Assembly (NCBI GenBank): GCA_021162685.1
Contig: JAGGYF010000026.1
Coordinates: 21,557 to 85,556 of the forward strand
DNA: 64,000 bases
Direction: 5' to 3'
Source of the DNA: Candidatus Iainarchaeum sp.
GTDB taxonomy: Archaea > B1Sed10-29 > WALL01
Shown: positions 44,110-52,587 of the stretch, piece after piece
Layout of the letters: each line of letters begins with the position of its first letter
Numbering within the stretch: the first letter of the stretch is position 1
Notes under the pieces: model-generated
Seen by the model: only the letters and a program-made list of their open reading frames with translations
Databases searched by the model: none
Told to the model about the DNA's origin: nothing
Made by a program: the position numbers and the translations under genes

Positions 44110-44440
44110 CTGTTATCTTTCCTTGTATGTCCTTGATGGCATCATCACTAAATATCAGACGAGTACACTCTGGGTTATTTGTGTGTATTGTGTAGTTCCT
44201 CATGCCTTCTCCATTGTTTATAGTAATATTTGTTAGATATGTATCATCACACTTTGGATACGAAAGCCCAGCATTGGATATATACCAATCTGCCTGCGTT
44301 CTAACAACAGCATCAGCAATTGTATAGCTACCTTCTGCTGAGTATATCCTAAAGGACATAACTGCCATTGCCACAATGAGAACAGAAACCAGTAGCAGCT
44401 CCAATGCGGTCTGCCCCTTATCACTTAATTGCTTCCTCAT
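44039..44440 (-). CDS. Archaeal type IV pilin-like protein (class III signal peptide)
   Basis: SDKG|QTALELLLVSVLIVAMAVM. Confidence 0.6.
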   Translation of the reverse strand: MRKQLSDKGQTALELLLVSVLIVAMAVMSFRIYSAEGSYTIADAVVRTQADWYISNAGLSYPKCDDTYLTNITINNGEGMRNYTIHTNNPECTRLIFSDDAIKDIQGKITVALDCQYNPDGRCKGIYYKVYPE

Positions 44441-44900
44441 ATCCTATCACGCCTTCTTGTGTTGGGTTTTGGGAGGTGCAATCCTTCTCAATCCTTATTT
44501 CGTAGGTGTTCAATGCTATTGGACATCCTGAACTTATTTTTATGTAATCAGGTATTGCAACCTTACTTAGTATCTGCTTTTCTCCTTTGTTATCGTAGTA
44601 ATCCCCCCATATATATGTGCTATTCCATCGTATATTTGATTGTGCTAAAGGGTCACTCTCAACATATACTGTTATGTTTTTATATGAGCCACATCCCATT
44701 AATGCTACCTCTTCTGCTGTGTTCCTTATACGCTGAACAGATGCACCAAGGTTTATTGCTATTGATGTATCTGAAATGGTGTCAGTGACATAATTCACTA
44801 ATGGTATAGAAACAGTTGCAAACATTGTCAACATTATAACAAGGAGTAGAATAAACTCAACTGTTACTTGGGCCCTCATACCCATGTTGTTATGAGCCAA
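44421..44900 (-). CDS. Archaeal type IV pilin-like protein (class III signal peptide)
   Basis: GMRA|QVTVEFILLLVIMLTMFATV. Confidence 0.6.
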   Translation of the reverse strand: MAHNNMGMRAQVTVEFILLLVIMLTMFATVSIPLVNYVTDTISDTSIAINLGASVQRIRNTAEEVALMGCGSYKNITVYVESDPLAQSNIRWNSTYIWGDYYDNKGEKQILSKVAIPDYIKISSGCPIALNTYEIRIEKDCTSQNPTQEGVIGYEEAIK

Positions 44901-45922
44901 ATCAGGTCACCTATGAACAAAGAGGCAATTGTACCTAATAAAACTATTGGTATCATAGGTACGCTATCCTTCACCCATATACTCTTTACCCCATATTTTT
45001 TCAGCTTTTTTATGTCCTTGGCTTCAATACCTGCTGCTCTGTGCTCTGAGATAATGACGTGCTTTGGCTCGTGTAAGGGGTGCAATATCCTCTCCAAAAG
45101 TGATGGTGCGTACACTTTGACCTTTCCCTTATCAATATATAATGTTTGTGCGGGGATCATCCCATCCTCAAGCTTATCAGTTGCCACCCTATCCCTTAAT
45201 GCATATCGCCTCCCATACGATACAATTTCAAAAAAGAGAATGAAAATGAACGTTGAAACAAAGATGTATGCCCCATGGGCTATATCAAATGAATATACCA
45301 AGGATATAAAAGTGAGCATAACAGGCACTCCTATCTTCATTGCTCTTGGAAGAAATGTTATCCCAGCAAGGATAGGAATTAGTAGGATACTATTTATGCC
45401 CATTAGATTTAGAACAAATGAAAAACCTATTATGGAACATGCATAGATGATTGTATGTATACCTGTATCCCTCAAAATGCCTTTGAATCGCTTTTTTAGG
45501 TCTCTTTTTCTCATTGTTTTCCATATTACATACAACATAATGAAAGGGAATGACAGAATAACAGAGTTTATCAGGATGAGAAACGGAAAAACAGGAAAAA
45601 TGAAGTAGAACGAGGGAACAGAGCCAACAAAAGGCATAGGAAGCAAAGCTGCTAGAGCGGTGAAGAGTTTAACGTCACCACCTGCCCATGCCCCAATACG
45701 CCATAGAGCATATGAGAACAAAAACATCATAATAGATGCAGCAAGACTGAACAACAACGGCATTATTGACCTTGTTGCAAAGGATTCTATTGCATGAAGA
45801 ACCACGCCAGAAACCAAAAGTAGAAGCACCAACTCATTTGATACAATTCTCTGCTTTATATCTGTGTATGAGGCATATGCTAACCCAGCAATAGCTATTA
45901 CAGTATAGAGCAACCCGAACAT
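44876..45922 (-). CDS. A24-family prepilin peptidase (PibD/FlaK/EppA-like) with long C-terminal extension
   Basis: Two catalytic Asp motifs at the usual spacing (SYTDIKQRIVSNE, about D21; AWAGGDVKLF, about D82). Polytopic. About 200 extra C-terminal residues with additional TMs and a soluble segment. Confidence 0.7.
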   Translation of the reverse strand: MFGLLYTVIAIAGLAYASYTDIKQRIVSNELVLLLLVSGVVLHAIESFATRSIMPLLFSLAASIMMFLFSYALWRIGAWAGGDVKLFTALAALLPMPFVGSVPSFYFIFPVFPFLILINSVILSFPFIMLYVIWKTMRKRDLKKRFKGILRDTGIHTIIYACSIIGFSFVLNLMGINSILLIPILAGITFLPRAMKIGVPVMLTFISLVYSFDIAHGAYIFVSTFIFILFFEIVSYGRRYALRDRVATDKLEDGMIPAQTLYIDKGKVKVYAPSLLERILHPLHEPKHVIISEHRAAGIEAKDIKKLKKYGVKSIWVKDSVPMIPIVLLGTIASLFIGDLIWLITTWV

Positions 45923-45926
45923 CTGC

Positions 45927-46130
45927 TCACTCTAATATCTTGTTCAGTACTCTGTTCCTATATGTCTCTATCCTCGCCTTTGTCTGCTGTTGGATTGATA
46001 GTACATCCTGGACCAATAACGCAGTGATTGCAGCAAGTCCAATAACAAATGCTGTTAGGTACAAATACTCCAACGATGTCTGGGACCTTCTTTCTTCTAG
46101 CATATAATCACCGAATCTGTTTGTACACAT
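45927..46130 (-). CDS. Small archaeal pilin-like protein (class III signal peptide)
   Basis: ERRS|QTSLEYLYLTAFVIGLAAITALLV; 67 aa. Confidence 0.5.
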   Translation of the reverse strand: MCTNRFGDYMLEERRSQTSLEYLYLTAFVIGLAAITALLVQDVLSIQQQTKARIETYRNRVLNKILE

Positions 46131-46659
46131 AATATGCTGGATACTTTTGTATTATTGGCGGTTTGATTCCTATGTCCCCTATGTCTCCTATGTCTCCCTT
46201 GTCTCCTCCGACTACTACTCCTCCTCCCTTTCCAATCACAAATCCTGTTATGGCTGATGTTTTTGTCTGTGATGACTGTAACAAAAATGCTCTTTTTCCG
46301 TTTTGGTCCTCGTACAATGCTAGTTCAAATTTTTCCTTTGTGTTTGGGTCTGAACCCATGCTAACAACTGTTTCTTCGTATTTTTTCATCTTTGATGTAT
46401 CAACACCAGAGAGATATGGGTTGCCATATTGTGCATTTTTGTATGTTATCTTCACTGGATAATTACTCACACCATCATAAACCTGTGAATAACCAACAAG
46501 TTCAATGCCTTTAAGACTCGCTGCATATTTGTCTGATGTAACACTAGAAGATGCCTGTCCTGGAGCAAGCATCGTGTTCGCAACTATCACAACAACAGCA
46601 GATATTGCCAGGATTGCTGCAAGTATTAATAGATATTCTAAACTTCCTTGGGCTTTCAT
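46108..46659 (-). CDS. Archaeal type IV pilin (class III signal peptide), major-pilin candidate with DIG tandem repeat
   Basis: MKA|QGSLEYLLILAAILAISAVVVIV; internal KGDIGDIGDIG repeat encoded by a 9-nt tandem repeat at 46171..46206. Confidence 0.65.
   Translation of the reverse strand: MKAQGSLEYLLILAAILAISAVVVIVANTMLAPGQASSSVTSDKYAASLKGIELVGYSQVYDGVSNYPVKITYKNAQYGNPYLSGVDTSKMKKYEETVVSMGSDPNTKEKFELALYEDQNGKRAFLLQSSQTKTSAITGFVIGKGGGVVVGGDKGDIGDIGDIGIKPPIIQKYPAYYVYKQIR
46171..46206. repeat. Four 9-nt tandem units (TATGTCYCC) inside the pilin gene, encoding (DIG)n
   Basis: tatgtcccc tatgtctcc tatgtctcc cttgtctcc, read directly. Confidence 0.7.
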
Positions 46660-46725
46660 GATTTAGAAATAGCAACAGAAGTATAAAAAACTAATGGTGG
46701 GAAAAGAAAGGGGGGTAGGATGTAT

Positions 46726-47106
46726 CTATGCCTCCATTATGGTACAGTTTATTGTGTCCATTGTCTCCTTCTTGACATACACTACAAATTCGTCTTCCTT
46801 TCCAAAGTTACAAGATGCTTCCATATCTGTGCTGCTTACTGCACCATCTACGCATGATACACCAGTTGGTCCCCCTATTCCTTGATATTTTATCTTAACT
46901 TGCTTTGCTTCACTTAGTGTTGTAGGCAACTTGTTATAGTTAACTAACTCAATGCCTTGTAGACTACACTGATACTTGTCCTGATTTATTGCACCTGCCT
47001 CCTGTCCTGGGGCTAACATGGAGTTAGCTACAACTACAACAACAACTGCGATTGCCAGGATTGCTGCAAGTATTAATAGATATTCTAAACTTCCTTGGGC
47101 TTTCAT
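46726..47106 (-). CDS. Archaeal type IV pilin (class III signal peptide), paralog of 46108..46659
   Basis: N-terminal 19 aa identical to the neighbouring pilin (MKAQGSLEYLLILAAILAI), also at nucleotide level over about 56 nt; Cys-containing globular domain. Confidence 0.65.
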   Translation of the reverse strand: MKAQGSLEYLLILAAILAIAVVVVVVANSMLAPGQEAGAINQDKYQCSLQGIELVNYNKLPTTLSEAKQVKIKYQGIGGPTGVSCVDGAVSSTDMEASCNFGKEDEFVVYVKKETMDTINCTIMEA

Positions 47107-47222
47107 TTACATACCTCCAATCTGTTATTTAAGCAGTAATAACCATGCCACATTTATAAATCTTTTGCTTTTTTGGCGTGAAGAATCAATAACAAAAAAT
47201 GGGTGAGATGGCTTCTTCTGGC

Positions 47223-48617
47223 TTAGCACGTAACAGTTGCCGATGTTGTATCTGAGCCATATACACTGATTGCACCTGCGCCTTCTTTGAATGTTGTTGA
47301 CTTTAGGTGACACACTGTTTGCTCCCCACTATCAATCTTTGCATCACTGCATACAAAACTCACCTGGCCAGGGTCTGATGTCGTCAATGTGCTTGTTGTT
47401 ATGCTCTTCCCAGGAGGGCTCGTATTTGCCACCATAATTACTGTTGTTTCATCTGGTGATGAGGCACACTTGACTGCATATGCTGCAATTGTTTTAGGTG
47501 GCTCTGGGGGTGGGGTATTAGTTGAACTACTGTAGGTTATCTCGCACTCAATTGAGTCAGCTGCTGTTTTCCTAACATATACTACGTATTCGTCATCCTT
47601 GCCAAATTTGCATGATGCCTTTGCAGTGCCTGTTAAACCTTCACATGTTATGCCAGATGCTCCTCCTAATCCCAGATATTTTATCCTAACGGTCTGTGCT
47701 TCTGTGAGTGATGTTGGCAGTTTATTGTAATTTACTAGCTCAATACCCTGCAAGCTGCATTGGTATTTGTCCTGATTTATTGTACCTGATTCTGATGGTG
47801 GCCTACTGCTCTGGCTTATAGAATAATCTACACTGACAAATGGTGCCTTTTCTACATCAACATCCCATATCTTTATTATTGTATAATCGTCTTGTTCAGA
47901 TATCTTGTATTCAAAATCAAATTTTCCATTTTTCGCAGCATCCTTCATATAGCTAGCTGCCTCTCCTGATATCGCGAGTTCCATATCTAATTTCTCTCCT
48001 TTCACTACAGCAGAAACAATGAGTTTATTGCCGCCGCGTTCCGCTATGATAAAAAAATCGGCGGGCTTTACTATGCTCGCTCTTTTCTTTACCCAGCCAA
48101 CGGCATTCTCGTTCTCCTTGTATGCATATATGCTTTCCTTTATGGTTGGAACATCCCCAATTATAATATATTTGTCTTCCACATCATAGTAAGCCATGTT
48201 ATGCTCTTCGCTCTCATGAAGGAGTATGCCTTTATACTCCTTAGTTTCCCAATTACTCGGAAGCTCTGATAGTAATTCCATGAATTCTTCTGGCGAGATA
48301 TTTTTCAATTTGAAGATTAAAAGCATGCCTTCTAGTCTGTGTGATCTATCTGGTATAAGAGAAGCTACTGTAAACCACTCAATCTTCTTAAAAATCTTTT
48401 TGGCATCTCCATAACGTGTAACGTCAGAGGAGGCGTCTGTTATCATCACTGGCAGGTCTTTTGAGGCATCAGCATACAGTACAACCTTAACTCCAGATGG
48501 TATGAACCTTGCTGCATCTTCCACAGGAGCTTGCGTTTCCAGAACGCCAAATTGGCCGATACAACCCGCCAAAAGAATGAAAGTTAGTATAGTGACAAAT
48601 TGCGTAGATTTTTTCAT
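47223..48617 (-). CDS. Putative lipoprotein/secreted protein carrying a pilin-like globular domain
   Basis: N-terminal signal with lipobox-like LAGC (MKKSTQFVTILTFILLAGCIGQ). A C-terminal segment (INQDKYQCSLQGIELVNYNKLPTSLTEAQTVRIKYLGLGG...) is about 75% identical to the mature domain of pilin 46726..47106. Thr/Ser/Pro-rich linker. Confidence 0.55.
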   Translation of the reverse strand: MKKSTQFVTILTFILLAGCIGQFGVLETQAPVEDAARFIPSGVKVVLYADASKDLPVMITDASSDVTRYGDAKKIFKKIEWFTVASLIPDRSHRLEGMLLIFKLKNISPEEFMELLSELPSNWETKEYKGILLHESEEHNMAYYDVEDKYIIIGDVPTIKESIYAYKENENAVGWVKKRASIVKPADFFIIAERGGNKLIVSAVVKGEKLDMELAISGEAASYMKDAAKNGKFDFEYKISEQDDYTIIKIWDVDVEKAPFVSVDYSISQSSRPPSESGTINQDKYQCSLQGIELVNYNKLPTSLTEAQTVRIKYLGLGGASGITCEGLTGTAKASCKFGKDDEYVVYVRKTAADSIECEITYSSSTNTPPPEPPKTIAAYAVKCASSPDETTVIMVANTSPPGKSITTSTLTTSDPGQVSFVCSDAKIDSGEQTVCHLKSTTFKEGAGAISVYGSDTTSATVTC

Positions 48618-48674
48618 AAAAACACCAAATTTATAATACAGACTAGTAATTTAAAACTTGTGGTCCTTTGCTTC

Positions 48675-48860
48675 TCACATTGTTTTGTTAGCCACAGATT
48701 GGCTGATGTTCTGCTCCTGCCTGAATCCTGAGATTGTCTGGCTTTTTATAAAGAGTGTTACAACAAGGATGATGAGAATGATTCCGCCTAATAATGCAAG
48801 ATACTCTGTTGCCCCTTGGCTCCTTTCATCATACAGCAAAGAATGTGTTTGCAAAACCAC
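48675..48860 (-). CDS. Small archaeal pilin-like protein (class III signal peptide)
   Basis: DERS|QGATEYLALLGGIILIILVV; 61 aa. Confidence 0.5.
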   Translation of the reverse strand: MVLQTHSLLYDERSQGATEYLALLGGIILIILVVTLFIKSQTISGFRQEQNISQSVANKTM

Positions 48861-49689
48861 TCACCACCATAAATATTATATATGTCACTACTAATAGAAC
48901 AGGCGCATATATAACTGTTTTTGTTATGTTGCCCTCTCTTATCATAGAAGCAGCTAGCGCACTAAACACTGCTGAAACTGCAAGATATGCCTTGAAATAG
49001 AATATGATTGTTGAGAATAATGGTGGCACCTCAGTTCCACCAATTCCACCCAGGAAAAGCATAATACCAGAAACCAGGCCAAAGATTAATGGAGCTACAA
49101 TGTCTGCTGCAATAATTATGAAAAGTACCTGAACCATAGTCTTTGCTGTACGTTCCCTTTTCAGTCTGGCTGCTGCTCTCAGGTCATCGGCAATGGAGAG
49201 TAACGCAGAAACAAGTCCCCCTCCTGTTCTCTTTGCTGATATGATGACGTTGACACTCCTTTTTATTGGCATGGACTCGCTTCTCTCTGCAAATGACATC
49301 AATGCATCCTCAAATGTTTTCCCCTCTTTGATCTCCCTTATCATCTTTGATAATTCATCTGCCATTGGTCCATAGCCTGCCTTTGCAACCTCCTTCAATG
49401 CACTTTCTATTGTGCCTCCTGCCTTCAATGTTGTACCCATGTGGCTCAACACATCTGGAAGTACTCTCTCCATCTGCGATATCCTTTGAGCCCTTTTATA
49501 CAAAGGATAACCAACAGCAACATCAAACAAGAGAACAGCAAGAAGTCCTCCCAACATAAGGTCAATAAATAGGCCAACATAGGTTAATCCAACAGCAGAC
49601 AGAAAGAATGCACCAGCTAACAAGAAATCCGGTTCAAGTTCGGGATTTATGTAAGAGACAGCTTTTCTGTAATTCTGATAAAATCCCAT
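48829..49689 (-). CDS. T2SF-domain membrane protein (TadC/FlaJ-like pilus platform protein)
   Basis: 286 aa; TM-soluble-TM architecture; central T2SF-like helical domain (LKAGGTIESALKEVAKAGYGPMADELSKMIREIKEG). Confidence 0.65.
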   Translation of the reverse strand: MGFYQNYRKAVSYINPELEPDFLLAGAFFLSAVGLTYVGLFIDLMLGGLLAVLLFDVAVGYPLYKRAQRISQMERVLPDVLSHMGTTLKAGGTIESALKEVAKAGYGPMADELSKMIREIKEGKTFEDALMSFAERSESMPIKRSVNVIISAKRTGGGLVSALLSIADDLRAAARLKRERTAKTMVQVLFIIIAADIVAPLIFGLVSGIMLFLGGIGGTEVPPLFSTIIFYFKAYLAVSAVFSALAASMIREGNITKTVIYAPVLLVVTYIIFMVVSGFANTFFAV

Positions 49690-49693
49690 ATTA

Positions 49694-50977
49694 TCACATT
49701 GGTTGCATTACCTTTATTATGTATAATATTAAACCAAGCGCCATCGGAACTAAGATGAAATAAATCAAAAATAAAACCTCTGCTCCTAACATGCCTTGCA
49801 TGCCTATTGTAGGTATTGCATTGAATATTCCAGCAAGCACTGCAACGAATACAGGAAATACTATGCCTATCATCATGTAAAACAATCCTATAAGATTCAG
49901 TCGCTCAACGAAATCACGCATCTTCATACGTAGTTCAAAGGCAACATCTTCTGCTATTCCTTCTATAATCGCGGAAAGGTCTCCTCCTGTCTTCAATGCC
50001 CTGATTATGTGCCTGACTGCCTTTGACAGGTTTTCAGAAGGAGACCTATCAGCAAGTGCTGTTAGCGCATCTTCTGTATTCACTCCTTTTTCAATATCCT
50101 TTAATGTCCTATCAAATTCCTCTGAGAGCACACCATAGTTTGCATCAACCACAGATTTCATCGTTTTGTGGATACCAACGCCTGCCCTCACCTCTGTTGC
50201 CATCTGTCTCAGCGCAAATGCCAAATCCTTATCAATAGCTTGTCCTCTCTTTCGCGCAACACTTGATGGCCATTTGATTGCAATGACAAGTGAGAGCACA
50301 AAACCTAGCAACAATGCAACAAATGAGAGTATCACTTTTAGTACTACTAGGATGATGGATGCATTTGCTCCAAAATTTACAACAAATGGTAGGAATGTGT
50401 TATCTATGATTGGTGCTAATGCAGTTAAGAGGAGAAGCAATGTAATAAAAGAGATTCCAACTGCTGATATAATGCTCGCAATAAATGCCATTGCTGCATA
50501 CTGCTTTGGATTATAATTCATATTAGCACTATCTAGGTCAAATACTAACGTCCTCGCCATGTTATAATTCGCTATTCTCTCTGCTATTCTATTTAGAAAA
50601 GGAAGGGTGGAAAATAGAAAACCAACAATCCTTGCAAAACGATTCTCGCTATTAACAAGGTCTTGTGGTGTCCTTTGGTCAAGCGCCAATGCTCTTCTGC
50701 CAACAACCATCTCTTTGAGTTTCCTCGCCTCTGTTGGCCTTTCCTCTATAACCTCTCCTCTCTCCTCATATCTTCTACGCATACGTTTTACAATTTCCTC
50801 AACAGTTGCGAAGTCGTATCGCCTTTGCGGTGCCTTTTTTATCTCAACCCTGCCGAGTCTCTTCTCTCTCTCTTTCTCCTCTTTTCTTGCCTTCTCTCCT
50901 GCTGTCAGGAGTTTTTTTATCTTTTTCTCATCCTCAGCCATATCAACCAACAAATCTATGTATCTCTTCACAAACAC
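49694..50977 (-). CDS. T2SF-domain membrane protein (TadB/FlaJ-like pilus platform protein) with charged N-terminal region
   Basis: 427 aa; T2SF-like segment (VRAGVGIHKTMKSVV...ALKTGGDLSAIIEG); TM helices flank the cytoplasmic domain. Confidence 0.65.
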   Translation of the reverse strand: MFVKRYIDLLVDMAEDEKKIKKLLTAGEKARKEEKEREKRLGRVEIKKAPQRRYDFATVEEIVKRMRRRYEERGEVIEERPTEARKLKEMVVGRRALALDQRTPQDLVNSENRFARIVGFLFSTLPFLNRIAERIANYNMARTLVFDLDSANMNYNPKQYAAMAFIASIISAVGISFITLLLLLTALAPIIDNTFLPFVVNFGANASIILVVLKVILSFVALLLGFVLSLVIAIKWPSSVARKRGQAIDKDLAFALRQMATEVRAGVGIHKTMKSVVDANYGVLSEEFDRTLKDIEKGVNTEDALTALADRSPSENLSKAVRHIIRALKTGGDLSAIIEGIAEDVAFELRMKMRDFVERLNLIGLFYMMIGIVFPVFVAVLAGIFNAIPTIGMQGMLGAEVLFLIYFILVPMALGLILYIIKVMQPM

Positions 50978-52544
50978 TTTCCATATCTCTTATGCCTTTT
51001 TCAACCAAGCTATCCAAAAACTCCTTTCTCTTCTGTATCTCGGCTTTTATTTCAGCATGCGATGCGCCTGTATATTTCCCAAGTTCTTTCAGGTATGTAC
51101 TTGGCACACCTGTTGCCCTTATTGTATCTGTTGCAGCATCCCACTCATACAAGAAAACCATCTGCGGCGTACCTTCAAGTATGCCAGTGACCTCTGCAAC
51201 CTCTGTCACCCTTCTTATTGTGCCCTTTCTCCTGTCATGTATTCTCTTCTGCACAATGATGAAATTAAGAGCAGCAAGCATGAGCTCTGGAACATTCATA
51301 GGCGGTGATTTCAACCTGACTAATGTTTCCTGAGCATTATTTGCGTGTATGGTTCCCAAGCTTCCATCATGCCCTGTATTCATAGCAGTGAATAATGTTG
51401 ATGCCTCCTTCCCTCTGACCTCACCAACAATTACTCTATCTGGCCTCATTCTCAATGAGTTTTTTACAAGGGTATCCATATCTACTTCTCCAGTTCCTTC
51501 TATACCCGGAGGCCTTGTTTCAAATCGCACCCAGTGCTCAACTGGAAGCTTTATCTCAGCAGTGTCCTCAATAGTGATTATTCTTTCCCCCTTTGGGATA
51601 AATGCTGCTAGCACATTCAGTGTGGTTGTTTTTCCTGAACCAGTACCACCAGAAACCAATATATTGGCAGGTTTTGCTCTCATCCCTTCAACAGCCAACC
51701 AGAGAAAAGCTGCAAGCTCTGAATTTATTGTCCCATACTTTATGAGGTCAACAACAGTAAGAGGATCTTCCCTGAACTTCCTTATTGTTATGGTGGAACC
51801 CTCTATAGATATGGGTGGTATTGTTGCATTAACCCTTGAGCCATCTGGCAATCTTGCATCAAGTAATGGGTCTTTAACATCAATCCTTCTTCCAACATCT
51901 CTTGCAATTCTGTCTATGATTGCTCTGATATCATCATCTGAACCAAATATTATATTTGTTTTCATCATCCCATACTTTCTATGGAACACATATACTGGCT
52001 TGTTTGGACCAATAACCATTATCTCTTCAAGAAGATCATCTTGGAGGAGTAGGTCCAAGCTTCCATAACCTATCATTTCCCTAACAACTGTCTCAGCATA
52101 GAAGTCAATCTTTGCTGCTGGTATGCCAAGCTCTGGACTTGAATCTATAATCTCAAGTATTCTTTGTTTGTAAAATGTTTTTCTCTCCTCTGGATCAGCA
52201 ATCTCTTCAGGTGTTACTGTGATCAATCTTGTTGCTGCTTCCTTTATTGTATCAAGAATTTCACGCTCAGGTCCTGTTGGTCTCGGCACAGGCACTGCAT
52301 ATAACTTCGTGTGGTCTGGAAGCTCATATATCTTACATACACCATATTCATCAATAAGCGTCTTATCTGATGGAAGTGATTCTTCCATTCCCTTTTTTAT
52401 ATCCTCTGGAACTGCTTCCTTTTCCTCCTGCTTTACCTCTTTTTTCTCAGGCAACTTCTTCTCCTCTATAGGTTTAACCTCTTTCTGCGCCTCTTTCTTC
52501 TCTGGCTTCTTTGACTTCACGAATAGGTCATCTAGGTATCCCAT
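50943..52544 (-). CDS. Type II/IV secretion-family ATPase (FlaI/TadA/VirB11-like pilus assembly ATPase)
   Basis: Walker A VSGGTGSGKTT, Asp box/Walker B (RIITIEDTAEI), His box; about 100-aa K/E-rich N-terminal extension; 533 aa. Confidence 0.85.
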   Translation of the reverse strand: MGYLDDLFVKSKKPEKKEAQKEVKPIEEKKLPEKKEVKQEEKEAVPEDIKKGMEESLPSDKTLIDEYGVCKIYELPDHTKLYAVPVPRPTGPEREILDTIKEAATRLITVTPEEIADPEERKTFYKQRILEIIDSSPELGIPAAKIDFYAETVVREMIGYGSLDLLLQDDLLEEIMVIGPNKPVYVFHRKYGMMKTNIIFGSDDDIRAIIDRIARDVGRRIDVKDPLLDARLPDGSRVNATIPPISIEGSTITIRKFREDPLTVVDLIKYGTINSELAAFLWLAVEGMRAKPANILVSGGTGSGKTTTLNVLAAFIPKGERIITIEDTAEIKLPVEHWVRFETRPPGIEGTGEVDMDTLVKNSLRMRPDRVIVGEVRGKEASTLFTAMNTGHDGSLGTIHANNAQETLVRLKSPPMNVPELMLAALNFIIVQKRIHDRRKGTIRRVTEVAEVTGILEGTPQMVFLYEWDAATDTIRATGVPSTYLKELGKYTGASHAEIKAEIQKRKEFLDSLVEKGIRDMESVCEEIHRFVG

Positions 52545-52587
52545 ACAATAATCATAAAACTCATGGAATTTAAAAAGTTATAGGTAT

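Noticed and set aside
50607-51333. Three overlapping plus-strand ORFs of 175-233 aa opposite the T2SF and ATPase genes
   Set aside because: Antisense artefacts of the K/E-rich N-terminal region of the pilus ATPase. Low-complexity S/L/F-rich translations.
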